Part shown: positions 1-11,895 of the stretch, one piece after another
How the letters are laid out: every line of letters begins with the position of its first letter
Numbering within the stretch: the stretch's first letter is position 1
Assembly: GCA_963828735.1 (NCBI GenBank)
Contig: CAWHFW010000002.1
Location: forward strand, 992,881 to 1,056,880
Source of the DNA: an uncultured Gemmatimonadales bacterium
GTDB lineage: Bacteria > Gemmatimonadota > Gemmatimonadetes > Gemmatimonadales > GWC2-71-9
DNA length: 64,000 nucleotides
Reading direction: 5' to 3'
Notes under the pieces: model-generated
Database searches by the model: none
The model's input: the letters and a program-made list of their open reading frames with translations, nothing else
What the model was told of the DNA's origin: nothing
Program-made: the position numbers and the translations under genes

Positions 1-2381
<2,381 letters not shown>

Positions 2382-2580
2382 GGGTTCTCCGGCACGAATT
2401 GCAAGGGCGGAAGGGGACCGTTGACACTATCATAGATTACAGCACCCGACTGTGAGCGCCATCACAGCCCTCTGGTGGATGCTCGGTTCACGTTGACTAT
2501 TGGGTCTTCTTGGCCAACTCCTACGACACGGAACGCCCATCCCAGGGGCGGGACAGCGGGTCACGAGGCGGATCCTCCCG

Positions 2581-4902
2581 ATGACCGAACGCTTGCGTAT
2601 CCTGATCCTCGAGGATGTGCCCATGGATGCCGAGCTCGTCGAGTACGAGCTCGCGCGCTCCAAGATCCCCTTCGAGTCACGCTGCGTCGACTCCCGGGAC
2701 CGGTTCGTCGAGGCGCTCGACGAGTTCCGGCCGGACCTGATCCTCTCCGACTACACGCTGCCTCGCTTCGACGGCATGGCAGCGCTCACGATCGCCCGCG
2801 AACGGGCGCCCGCGGTGCCCTTCCTGATCGTGACCGGCTCCGTCAACGAGGAGACGGCCGTCGGATGCATGAAGGCCGGCGCCACCGACTACCTCCTCAA
2901 GAACAATCTGGCCCGGATCGGCCCCGCAATCGAGGCCGCGCTCGCTCGAGTCCAGTCCAGGGCCGAGAAGGCCCGCGCCGAGGAGGCGCTGAGGCGGTCG
3001 GAAGCCAACCTGCGGGCGATCTTCCACACCAGCCTGCAGGCCTTCGTGCTGTTGGACCGGGACGGAACCATTCTGGCGATGAACCCCACCGCCCGGGAAT
3101 GGGCCACGCGCATTCTCGGCCGTGGGGTGGCCGAAGGCCATCGGATCCACGACTTGATTCCCGAGGGCCCCGACAGCTTTCGGGCCGCCCTGGGCGGCGA
3201 GGTTCGAAGCGCCGAGCGGTTCTTCCGGGGGCAGGACGGTATCGAGCGCTGGTACGAAACCACCCATGTGCCGGTCGTGGACGAGCGTGGCACGGTCATC
3301 GGCGTCTGCCTCAATGCGCGGGACGTGAGCGAGCGAAAGCGGGCGGAGCAGGCGGTCAGGGACAGCGAGGCCCGGTACCGCGACCTGTTCGAGAACGCGA
3401 GCGACCTGGTCTGCATGACCGCGCTGGACGGCAGCTTTCTGTACGTGAACCCTGCCTGGCACGCGGCCATCGGCTCGACCGACGAGAGCCTCGCCTCCCG
3501 CCGCTTTCCGGACCTGCTCCATCCCGACAGCCGCGAGCGGTATGGCGAGGTCGTGGATCGCGCCAAGGCAGGCGAGACGCTGGGACACGTGGACCTGGTC
3601 CTCCTCACGGCGGCGGGAACCCCGCTTACCCTCGAGGGCAACATCAGCTGCACCTCCAGCGACGGCCGGCCACCCCGGATCCGCGGCATCTATCGCGACG
3701 TGACGGAGCGCAAGCGAGTGGAGGACCAGCTCCGGCGGGCGGAGCGCATGCAGGCCGCGGGGCGCCTCGCAGGTGGCGTCGCGCACGAAGTCAACAACAT
3801 GATGACCGGCGTCATCGGATTCAGCGAGTTTCTGATGCGGAGCCTGGAGCCCGCCGACCCACGCCGGTCCGAGGTCACCGAGATCATCAAGGCGGGCACG
3901 CGCGCCGCGGACGTCACGCGCCAGCTTCTCGCCTTCACTCGCCAGCAGTTCCTCCGTCCGGAAACCCTGACCGTCAACGGCGTCGTCCGGGACCTCGAGA
4001 AGATGCTGCGTCGGGTCCTCGGCGAGGACCATACGCTGGAGTTGGCGCTCGACGCCGATGCCGGGGAGATCCGGGCCGACCGCGGGCAGCTCGAGCAGGT
4101 TCTCGTCAACCTGATGCTCAACGCCCGGGATGCCATGCCCGGTCACGGGCGGGCCACGATCGCGACGCGGGTCGTCGAGCTGGACGACGAGTACGCGCGG
4201 GATCACGACGGCGTCGCGATCCCGCGCGGGCAATACGTCCAGCTGACCGTCACCGACACGGGCGTCGGAATGCCGCCGGACGTGCAGGCGAGGATCTTCG
4301 AGCCGTTCTTCACCACGAAGCCGGTGGGCCAGGGGACCGGCCTCGGTCTCTCCACGGTCTACGGGATCGTCAAGCAGAGCGGCGGCTTCATCTGGGTGCA
4401 CAGCGCGCCTGGCCTGGGCACGACCTTCAAGATCGACCTGCCTCGCGCCGGCGCGACCCATTCGCCACCGCCGACCACGCGGCGACCACGCGCCACGCCC
4501 GGTGGTTCGGAAACTATCCTCGTCGTCGAGGACGAGGATCTCGTCCGCGCCCTCGCGACCCGCAGCCTGACCGAGCGCGGCTACCGGGTCATCGAGGCGC
4601 GCGAGGGCTCCGAGGCCCTCCGCCAGCTCGAGCTCCAGCCGTCCGGCGTGGATCTCGTCATCTCGGACGTGGTCATGCCGGAGATGGGCGGCCGCGAGCT
4701 CGCGCGCCGCCTGGGCACACAGCGGCCGTCATTGCCGGTCCTGTTCATCTCGGGATACACGGGCGAGGATGTCATCCAGCGTGGGTTGCTGGAACCCGGC
4801 GCACCGTTCCTGCCGAAGCCCTTTAGCCCGGAGGGTCTGGCGAGCAAGGTCCGGGAAATGCTCGACGCGCCTGTCCGCGCCCCGGCGCCTGCGGGAAGCT
4901 AG
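2581..4902 (+). CDS. Hybrid sensor kinase REC-PAS-PAS-HisKA-HATPase-REC
   Basis: N-terminal receiver (ILILED..LSDY), two PAS domains, H-box [22 protein letters not shown]-terminal receiver. Confidence 0.93.
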   Translation: MTERLRILILEDVPMDAELVEYELARSKIPFESRCVDSRDRFVEALDEFRPDLILSDYTLPRFDGMAALTIARERAPAVPFLIVTGSVNEETAVGCMKAGATDYLLKNNLARIGPAIEAALARVQSRAEKARAEEALRRSEANLRAIFHTSLQAFVLLDRDGTILAMNPTAREWATRILGRGVAEGHRIHDLIPEGPDSFRAALGGEVRSAERFFRGQDGIERWYETTHVPVVDERGTVIGVCLNARDVSERKRAEQAVRDSEARYRDLFENASDLVCMTALDGSFLYVNPAWHAAIGSTDESLASRRFPDLLHPDSRERYGEVVDRAKAGETLGHVDLVLLTAAGTPLTLEGNISCTSSDGRPPRIRGIYRDVTERKRVEDQLRRAERMQAAGRLAGGVAHEVNNMMTGVIGFSEFLMRSLEPADPRRSEVTEIIKAGTRAADVTRQLLAFTRQQFLRPETLTVNGVVRDLEKMLRRVLGEDHTLELALDADAGEIRADRGQLEQVLVNLMLNARDAMPGHGRATIATRVVELDDEYARDHDGVAIPRGQYVQLTVTDTGVGMPPDVQARIFEPFFTTKPVGQGTGLGLSTVYGIVKQSGGFIWVHSAPGLGTTFKIDLPRAGATHSPPPTTRRPRATPGGSETILVVEDEDLVRALATRSLTERGYRVIEAREGSEALRQLELQPSGVDLVISDVVMPEMGGRELARRLGTQRPSLPVLFISGYTGEDVIQRGLLEPGAPFLPKPFSPEGLASKVREMLDAPVRAPAPAGS

Positions 4903-5144
4903 GCTGAACTGCCCGCCTCGGCGTGGGCGCTCTCCCTGGACACGGGCCGGAACTCGAGGTGGTCGGCGCGAATGATGAGAAAGCCGCGCGGCGTCGATAG
5001 CCGCGTCAACCGCTCCCCGGCCATGTTGACCATCCGCTGGGTCACCCCGGGGAAGATCGGCGCCACGTCATACCAGACGGAGGCGTTGAGGTCGGGATAC
5101 TTGCGCTGATGTTCGGACCGCAGACGTGCCTGCACGCCGGCCAT
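4899..5144 (-). CDS. Small hypothetical protein (81 aa)
   Basis: ATG at 5144 with AAGGAGA RBS; coding-like sequence; 4-bp convergent overlap with the kinase. Confidence 0.65.
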   Translation of the reverse strand: MAGVQARLRSEHQRKYPDLNASVWYDVAPIFPGVTQRMVNMAGERLTRLSTPRGFLIIRADHLEFRPVSRESAHAEAGSSA

Positions 5145-5295
5145 CCGTTCTCCTTGTCCAGGGACCCCCACAATGTAAATGGCGCGGGACGTGCGCGGCA
5201 GCGCCCCGATGGACAATCGGGGACTATTCGTATAGTCTGTAAGCCAATGGATGTTCGTGGCATCCATCCCCCCACTTCCGGATTGACCGCCATAC

Positions 5296-6354
5296 ATGCC
5301 GGATCTCCGACTCGCGCCGCCAGCTCCCGCTGGCTCCGCCAACTGCCTCGTTGTGGACGACGAGCCCAGCGTTCGTCGATCGCTCGTACGGATGCTGCAG
5401 GCGCAGGGGTTTACCTGTTTCGAGGCCGGCAGCGGCCGCGAGGCGCTCACCCTGCTCGACCGTATCGGCGAGGCGCCGCTCGTGATCTCGGACATGCGGA
5501 TGCCCGAGCTCGACGGCATCGGCCTGCTGGAGGTCGTCCGCCAGCGCTACCCCGATACTTCGGTCATTATGCTCACGGGGATGAGCGAGACGACTACGGC
5601 CGTCGACTGCCTGCATATGGGGGCCGCCGACTTCCTGCTCAAGCCCATTTCGGTGAGCGAGCTCCGCGCCCGGGTCTCGCGCGTCCTGGAGAAGCGTGCG
5701 CTGGTGCTCGAGAATCGGTTCCACCAGGAGAATCTGGAGCGGCAGGTCCGCGCGCAGGCGCTGCGGATTCAGGAGCTGTTCCTGCAAGGCGTGCAGATGC
5801 TGGCCCGCGCGCTCGAGGCAAAGGACGCCTACACGCGCGGGCACTCGATCCGGGTGAGTCAGTACGCGGTGGGGACCGCCGAGCGGCTCGGCTTCGAGGG
5901 CCAGAGCCTGGACGGGATACGCCTCGGTGGTGAGCTCCACGACATCGGGAAGATCGGCACCCGGGAGGCGGTCCTGCACAAGCCGGGGCTGCTCACCGCG
6001 GACGAGTTCCGCCAGATCACCGAACATCCGGTGCTCGGCGAGCGCATGCTGCTTCCGCTGGCGCAGGAGTCGCCCGACGTGCTCCGGATCGTTCGCTCCC
6101 ACCACGAGCGGCTCGACGGCCGGGGATTTCCGGACGGCCTTTGCGGCGAACAGATTCCGATCGAGGCGCGCATCGTCGCGGTGGCCGACGCCTTCGACGC
6201 GATGACGACGGAGCGCCCCTATCGGGATTCGCGTCCACCCGACGCCGCCGTCGCCGAGCTCCGGCGCGTGGCGGGCACCCAGCTCGACCCGGATGCCGTC
6301 GAGGCGTTCGTGACCGCCTTCCCCGACCCCGCCGCCTTGCCGCTGTCGGCCTAG
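5296..6354 (+). CDS. Response regulator with HD-GYP cyclic-dinucleotide phosphodiesterase domain (RpfG-like)
   Basis: REC domain, then YTRGHS, HDIGK, HHERLDGRGFP, ADAFDAMT..RPY. Confidence 0.92.
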   Translation: MPDLRLAPPAPAGSANCLVVDDEPSVRRSLVRMLQAQGFTCFEAGSGREALTLLDRIGEAPLVISDMRMPELDGIGLLEVVRQRYPDTSVIMLTGMSETTTAVDCLHMGAADFLLKPISVSELRARVSRVLEKRALVLENRFHQENLERQVRAQALRIQELFLQGVQMLARALEAKDAYTRGHSIRVSQYAVGTAERLGFEGQSLDGIRLGGELHDIGKIGTREAVLHKPGLLTADEFRQITEHPVLGERMLLPLAQESPDVLRIVRSHHERLDGRGFPDGLCGEQIPIEARIVAVADAFDAMTTERPYRDSRPPDAAVAELRRVAGTQLDPDAVEAFVTAFPDPAALPLSA

Positions 6355-6815
6355 TCCGGCTCGGGGCGCTCCCGCCCGTTGCCCTTTCGCTTCTCGCCTG
6401 CGCCCGCCGCTTCCCTCCCGAACGGCAGGCCTCCTTCGCGGCGCATCTTTTCCCGCGCGGCGGCCGCCAGCTCCGCGTAGTGAGCCTTGAAGGCGTCGAG
6501 CTCGGCCTCGGTGAGGTCCTCGAGGTCCGCCATGGCGGTCTGCGCCCCCTTCAGGGCGCGCAGCAGCTCGTCCAGCTTGATCTGCATGGCCACGCTGTCG
6601 CGGTTCTGGGTGTTCTGAATCAGGAAAACCATCAGAAACGTGATGATGGTCGTCCCCGTGTTGATCACGAGCTGCCAGGTGTCGCTGAACTGGAAGATGG
6701 GGCCGGTGATGGCCCAGAGCAGGATGACCAGCACGGCCAGGCCGAACGTGACGGGATGACCCGACGCCCGGGCGGTCGCCTTGGCGAACCGTGTGAAATG
6801 CTCTCCGATGGCCAT
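6351..6815 (-). CDS. Low-affinity iron permease family membrane protein
   Basis: FSDTWQLVINTGTTIITFLMVFLIQNTQNRD..KLDEL signature. Confidence 0.9.
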   Translation of the reverse strand: MAIGEHFTRFAKATARASGHPVTFGLAVLVILLWAITGPIFQFSDTWQLVINTGTTIITFLMVFLIQNTQNRDSVAMQIKLDELLRALKGAQTAMADLEDLTEAELDAFKAHYAELAAAAREKMRREGGLPFGREAAGAGEKRKGNGRERPEPD

Positions 6816-6979
6816 CGTTAGGTAGTTACCAGCCGGGAGCCCGCGCTGCTGTGGCCCCCCTCACGCGGATGCCGCGCTCGTCCGGCCGGCTTGGCCGGCC
6901 GGACGCCTTCCAATGCGACTGCGTCCGTGAGCAGGTGGATGACCCGGCGGGTCGAAGGGCCGACTGGACTTGGGGGTGA

Positions 6980-8299
6980 CTAGAGCAGGCCGCGACGCTT
7001 CAGCTGGTGATACCTCATCACCACCGCCTCCCCCGCCGAGGCCGGCGGCACGTCGAGCACCATGACTCCGCGGCCGCGCATGTCTGCGAGCGCGGCCTCG
7101 CGGGCGCCGAGCAGCTCCTCGGCGGCGGCCCGCTCGAAGGCCGCGGCGGCCGCCACCGGTCGCCGTGTCGCAAGGCCCTCGAGCGCGGGATCTCGAAGCG
7201 TCACGGCGAGCGGCAAGTGCCTGGGACGCAGGGTCGCCGCGTGGGCCACGAGCGCGTCGCTCGCGGTACGGTCTATGACATCCGTGAAGAGGACCGTCAG
7301 CGCCCGCTTCCGGTTGTGCGCGGCGAGGTAGCGAAAGGCCCCGGGATAGTCGGACTCGGCCAGGCGACCCTCGACGTGCGCCAGGCCTTCGAGGACCGCT
7401 CTGAGCGCGCGCCGTCCGCGAGCCGGCGCCACATAGCGCTGCACCACGTCGGCGAAGACCATGAGTCCCACGTTGTCGTCGTGGTCCACGGCAGCGCGTG
7501 CGAGCTGCAGGGCCGCCGACACCACCGCTTCGAGGCGCGGCACGCCGTCCACCTCGGCGGTCAGCATCCGGCCCGCGTCGACCACGATCAGCACCTGCTG
7601 GCGCCGCTCGTCCTCGTACTGCCGCGCGATCGGCTTGCCGCGGCGGGCGGTGGCCTTCCAATCGATGATTCTGGGCTCATCGCCCGGCACCCACTCCCGG
7701 AGCCCCTCGAACAGGCGGCCTTCCCCCGGCCGGCGGATTGCCCGAAGGCCGGCCTCCCGTCGGCGGGCAACCTGCAGCGGCAGGGCGCGGAGCGGCGCGT
7801 CCGGCACCGTGGGGTACACGGTGGCGGACCACGGCAGCGTCACCGTCCCCTGCCGCCAGGCGAGGCCGAGAGGGCCGAGTACTCGTACGGCGAGCGTCCC
7901 ACCATGCCCCACGCCCCGTCGGGCCGGCAGCAGGTCGAGCCGCTCGTCGAGCCCCTCGCCCGGAGGGACGACCAGGTGGCGGCTAGGTGTGTTCGCGCCA
8001 CCGAGGGGATCGGGCAAGCGCTCGCGGACCTCGAGGGTGAGCCGCCGTCGTGCCCGATGGCGCCAGCGGTAACGCACCACGGCCAGCCGCCCAACGCCGA
8101 ACGCGGCGGGCGCCTCGCGCGTCACGTCGAGCGTGCGGGGAGCCGGAGTGCGCATCGCGTCGGCCACGAGGGCCGCCAGCCAGAGCAGGTCGAGCGCCGG
8201 CAGCAATCCCGCTGCCCAGGGCCGGACGAGCGCGAGCGGGGCCGCGACGGCGAGCATGGCCGCCCCGATGAGCCACCGGCGGCCCGGCACGACGGTCAC
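6980..8299 (-). CDS. DUF58 domain protein (vWA-like MoxR partner)
   Basis: LREWVPGD..IDWKATAR, DAGRML; overlaps MoxR stop. Confidence 0.9.
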   Translation of the reverse strand: MTVVPGRRWLIGAAMLAVAAPLALVRPWAAGLLPALDLLWLAALVADAMRTPAPRTLDVTREAPAAFGVGRLAVVRYRWRHRARRRLTLEVRERLPDPLGGANTPSRHLVVPPGEGLDERLDLLPARRGVGHGGTLAVRVLGPLGLAWRQGTVTLPWSATVYPTVPDAPLRALPLQVARRREAGLRAIRRPGEGRLFEGLREWVPGDEPRIIDWKATARRGKPIARQYEDERRQQVLIVVDAGRMLTAEVDGVPRLEAVVSAALQLARAAVDHDDNVGLMVFADVVQRYVAPARGRRALRAVLEGLAHVEGRLAESDYPGAFRYLAAHNRKRALTVLFTDVIDRTASDALVAHAATLRPRHLPLAVTLRDPALEGLATRRPVAAAAAFERAAAEELLGAREAALADMRGRGVMVLDVPPASAGEAVVMRYHQLKRRGLL

Positions 8300-9279
8300 C
8301 GCGGCGCCTCGACCTTCTCGATGATCCCGCGAAGCGCGGCGTCGGCCGTGATGCCCTCGAGCTCGAGCTCCGGCGCGACCGACACCCGGTGCCGAAGCAC
8401 GGCCGGGGCGAGCTCCTTCACATCGTCCGGTACCACGTAGGGCCGTCCATCCAGCAGCGCGGTCGCCTGCGCCATCTTGAGCAGTGCGACGCTGCCGCGC
8501 GGCGATGCCCCCAGCGTGAGCACGGGAGACGAGCGCGTGGCCCGCACGATCGCCGCGATATAGGCGATGAGGCTCGGTTCCACCCGCACTCGCCGCACCC
8601 CGTCGCGAAGCGCCGCCAGCCCGGTTTCGTCCGCCACGCGCCCCACCCCGTAGCTCGCCGGCAGATCGGCCTCGAATCCGCCGAGCACCCGCTCGAGGAT
8701 CCCCTGCTCCACCCGCTCATCCGGGTACCCCACCAGGACCTTGACCATGAACCGGTCCAGTTCGGCCTCGGGCAGTGGATACGTGCCCTCGAACTCGATG
8801 GGGTTCTGCGTCGCGAAGACCGTGAAATTCTCGGGCAGCTCGTGCGAGGTGCCGTCCACGGTCACCCGGCGCTCCTGCATCGCCTCGAGCAACGCGGCCT
8901 GCGTTTTGGCGGGCGCGCGGTTGATCTCGTCGCCGAGGACCAGGTCGCCGAAGATCGGTCCCGGTCGGAAGCTGAACGCCCCCGGCCCGGTCAGCAGGCT
9001 CACGCCCGTGATGTCCGACGGCATGAGATCGGGCGTGAACTGGATGCGCCGGAACTCGAGCCCGAGCGCGAGCGCCAGGGTCCGCACGAGCAGGGTCTTC
9101 GCGGTGCCGGGCACGCCCTCGAGCAACACGTGACCACGCGCCAGCAGCGCGGCGACCGCCTCGCGCACCGCGTCGGGCTGGCCCAGCACGACGCCGGCGA
9201 GGGCCTCCACCAATCGGCCAGCGGCGGCCGCGTGCGCGGTGGCCTCGTCGGGTTGCAGCGGAATCGGGTCGGCGGTCAT
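8296..9279 (-). CDS. moxR: MoxR family AAA+ ATPase
   Basis: GVPGTAKT, RIQFTPDLMPSD, DEINRAPAKTQAALLEAMQE, ATQNPIEFEGTYPLPEA; start set at MTADP. Confidence 0.95.
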   Translation of the reverse strand: MTADPIPLQPDEATAHAAAAGRLVEALAGVVLGQPDAVREAVAALLARGHVLLEGVPGTAKTLLVRTLALALGLEFRRIQFTPDLMPSDITGVSLLTGPGAFSFRPGPIFGDLVLGDEINRAPAKTQAALLEAMQERRVTVDGTSHELPENFTVFATQNPIEFEGTYPLPEAELDRFMVKVLVGYPDERVEQGILERVLGGFEADLPASYGVGRVADETGLAALRDGVRRVRVEPSLIAYIAAIVRATRSSPVLTLGASPRGSVALLKMAQATALLDGRPYVVPDDVKELAPAVLRHRVSVAPELELEGITADAALRGIIEKVEAPR

Positions 9280-10475
9280 GTCGGCGTCAACTCCTCCCAC
9301 AGTGTTTCGACGGCGTCCGCCGCGAGCAGGACATCGTCGGCGCTCGCGGGGCGATGGGTGACAGTGGTGAGCGTCTCGAGCGCCGCCCGGCCGGCGGGCG
9401 TGCGCACGGCCGGTCCGAGGCTCTCGAGCCAGGGTCCGATCTCGCCTCGGGTGCTCCGCCCCGTGAACGAGAGCCGCCGCCGGAGCCCCTGCACGATCAG
9501 TCCGATGGCGACCTCGTGGCCCTTGGCGGCGGCGAGCGCGGTGGCGAGCGCCCGAACGTGTTCGAGGGGCGAGCGCCGGCGGCGCTCGATCCCGGAGCGG
9601 ATCGGCCCGAAGCGAACGCCCGCGGCCAGCAGCGCGAGCACGCCCACACCCGCGAGCTGGAGAATGGCCCAGCCCCATGGCGACCGGAACGTCCAGTCGA
9701 GCGTGGCAGCGCTCAGGCTTCGGGAGGCATCGAAGCCCTGGTGGTATTCGTCGACGACGACGCGGTCGTAACGCGGCACGATGAGCCCTAGCACGAATGG
9801 TCCGGCCGCCGTCTCTCGGAGCGCTCGATTGGCGAACAAGCGGCCGTCCGCCGCCAGCGTCACGGTGCGCCCATCATCCAGCGCGGCGCGGACGACCACC
9901 GGGCGGCCGCCGGTGGTCCAGAGCAGTGTATCGACGGCATGCGCGGTGGGCGCCGTGCACCGCACCGGAGCGCTGTCCTCCCCCTCCGTCGAGTCCACGG
10001 CCACCGGAGATCTGCGCTGGACCAGGATCGCGCCCGGCCGCGGAAATCGGCGGGACTCCGCACCGGGTGGCCGGATGACTCCCATCGAATCGGGTGCGCG
10101 GAGCCGGTCCCAGCCGAGGCAGCGGAGCGCCGCGGCGGCGCCCGCTCCCACGACGAGCAGGTCGGTCCGGAGCCCGGCCACCGTCAAACCCTCGCGGGCG
10201 TCGAGCGGCCTGCTGGGATCGATGAACGCCGTGAGGGTCCGGGGCGCCACGAGCGTATCGTACTCGACCGTCGGCAGGCGAAAGGATTGGACCCGCACGC
10301 CGAGCCGCTCGAGCGCCTCGCGAAAGGCACGCGCCCCGGAGGGTCCGGCCAGATAGGTCGATCGCCGGGGATCCGCGTCGGAAAGGCGCGCTTGCTGCAG
10401 TCCGACCACCCCCGCGCTCACGGCCAGCGCGAGCAACAGCCCGGCCCCGAGCGCGAGCTCAGTGCGCTGGCGCAT
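9276..10475 (-). CDS. DUF4350-like membrane-anchored protein
   Basis: N-terminal TM, RSTY..G..A, VVVDEYHQG, C-terminal TM plus RFGP; MoxR operon context. Confidence 0.75.
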   Translation of the reverse strand: MRQRTELALGAGLLLALAVSAGVVGLQQARLSDADPRRSTYLAGPSGARAFREALERLGVRVQSFRLPTVEYDTLVAPRTLTAFIDPSRPLDAREGLTVAGLRTDLLVVGAGAAAALRCLGWDRLRAPDSMGVIRPPGAESRRFPRPGAILVQRRSPVAVDSTEGEDSAPVRCTAPTAHAVDTLLWTTGGRPVVVRAALDDGRTVTLAADGRLFANRALRETAAGPFVLGLIVPRYDRVVVDEYHQGFDASRSLSAATLDWTFRSPWGWAILQLAGVGVLALLAAGVRFGPIRSGIERRRRSPLEHVRALATALAAAKGHEVAIGLIVQGLRRRLSFTGRSTRGEIGPWLESLGPAVRTPAGRAALETLTTVTHRPASADDVLLAADAVETLWEELTPT

Positions 10476-11088
10476 GCCAAGGCCTCGCGATGTCGTCACG
10501 CCATCGACGATAGTCGTCCGCGGCCAGCGGATGCCCGCCGAACACATGGGCGTAGAGTGCCCTGACCAGCGATCGCAGGCGTTCCCGGTCCTCGCGCGTG
10601 AGGCGCGCCTCGCGCGCGCACTCCGCCGGCGTCTTGCTCGCGTGGTACCGAAGCAGGCCCTGAGCGTCGAGGGTCAGGGCCAGTCCCACGAACGCGAGCT
10701 GCAAGGCGGCACCGGTGCGCCCGGCCGCCGCCGCGCGGTCGGCCTCGCGGAAATACCAGGCGGCGTCGCGCACTTCGAGGGCGGTGGACGCAGACGCGGC
10801 GTCGTCCGGCGCGGCGGCACCCCGCACGGTCCGCCATACGACCCACAGACCGTGCGCCAGGACCAGCACGAGCGCGCCCAACAAGGCGAAGACGAACAGG
10901 CGGACGGCAGCGGGGTTGCCGGCCCGGAGGACGTCGAGCCACCCCGTCAGGCGGTCCCACCACAGGCGCAGGAGACGGAGCAGCGGCGGCTCGTCGGCCC
11001 ATCGGTAGGCGGGTGAGGCAAAGACGCTGTCGAGTACCGCGCGGAGGGCGCTGGGAGTGGGGTCGCCGGGCGCCGCCGCGAAGGTCAC
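10459..11088 (-). CDS. DUF4129-like membrane protein
   Basis: TM segment, then A..G...A, KTPAE, ..YAHVFGG; MoxR operon context. Confidence 0.72.
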   Translation of the reverse strand: MTFAAAPGDPTPSALRAVLDSVFASPAYRWADEPPLLRLLRLWWDRLTGWLDVLRAGNPAAVRLFVFALLGALVLVLAHGLWVVWRTVRGAAAPDDAASASTALEVRDAAWYFREADRAAAAGRTGAALQLAFVGLALTLDAQGLLRYHASKTPAECAREARLTREDRERLRSLVRALYAHVFGGHPLAADDYRRWRDDIARPWHAPAH

Positions 11089-11092
11089 CGGC

Positions 11093-11869
11093 TCAGGCCG
11101 TCTGCAGCGACGACGCCAGCAGTTCCAGGTCGAACCCCTCTTTGCGGACGCGGAGGTCGTAATACGTCACGGTGAGGACGCAGTAGAAGAGGGGGTAAAT
11201 GAACAGCTGGGCAATCCCGCCAATGGCGATCGCAACGACCGTGGCGACCGATGAGGTGATGAAAGCAATGCCCGTCCCTCGGGGCAGCAGCACGGCCGCG
11301 AGCCCGCTGATCGCCACCACCGGCACGTAGAGCAGGACCAGCAGGGTGACGCCGAGGCCGAACAGGCGCCAACGCGAGCCGCGGGTCAGCTCCCACGACC
11401 GGGAGAGCGCGGCGCTGGCGCTCCGGCCCTGCTCCAATACCACGGCGGGAATCGCGAGCGCCAGCCCGACCGCGAGGACGATCCCGGGAATCACCAGCAG
11501 CAGGAAGCCCAGACCGACCACTAGGGCCATGAGAAGCGAGCACACGAGAATTCGCCCCATGTACGGCGTGGCCCTGGCCAGCGCCTCGCGTGCCGACAGC
11601 GGTCGCCCCAGGTAGCTCTCGGAGACGATGAACACCGTCGCACCCGTCGCCACCAGGTTGAGCACCACCAGGCTGAGGAGGTACACGAACGCGAGCGGCA
11701 GGTTGACGAACATCCCGCCGGAGGCCTCCACGAACAGGCGTAGGATCAGCGGCAGGCCGGTGCAGATCAGCGACACCGTGGCGAGCGCGCCGAAGTGCCG
11801 CCGGTACAACGCAAATGACGTGTCGAGGATCTCGCCCACGGTCAGTGGGCGGAGGATGGGAGGCGTCAT
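11093..11869 (-). CDS. Integral membrane protein (GDPD-membrane-domain-like) of the MoxR operon
   Basis: LRPLTVGEILD, ALSRSWELTRG, YYDLRVRKEGFDLE motifs. Confidence 0.82.
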   Translation of the reverse strand: MTPPILRPLTVGEILDTSFALYRRHFGALATVSLICTGLPLILRLFVEASGGMFVNLPLAFVYLLSLVVLNLVATGATVFIVSESYLGRPLSAREALARATPYMGRILVCSLLMALVVGLGFLLLVIPGIVLAVGLALAIPAVVLEQGRSASAALSRSWELTRGSRWRLFGLGVTLLVLLYVPVVAISGLAAVLLPRGTGIAFITSSVATVVAIAIGGIAQLFIYPLFYCVLTVTYYDLRVRKEGFDLELLASSLQTA

Positions 11870-11895
11870 GGGCGAAAAGATATTACAATCGCAGC
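11870..11895. promoter_or_regulatory. Back-to-back -10 elements, candidate divergent leaderless promoters
   Basis: TACAAT (11884-11889) 6 nt before ATG 11896; TATCTT on minus (11877-11882) 7 nt before ATG 11869; no SD. Confidence 0.6.
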
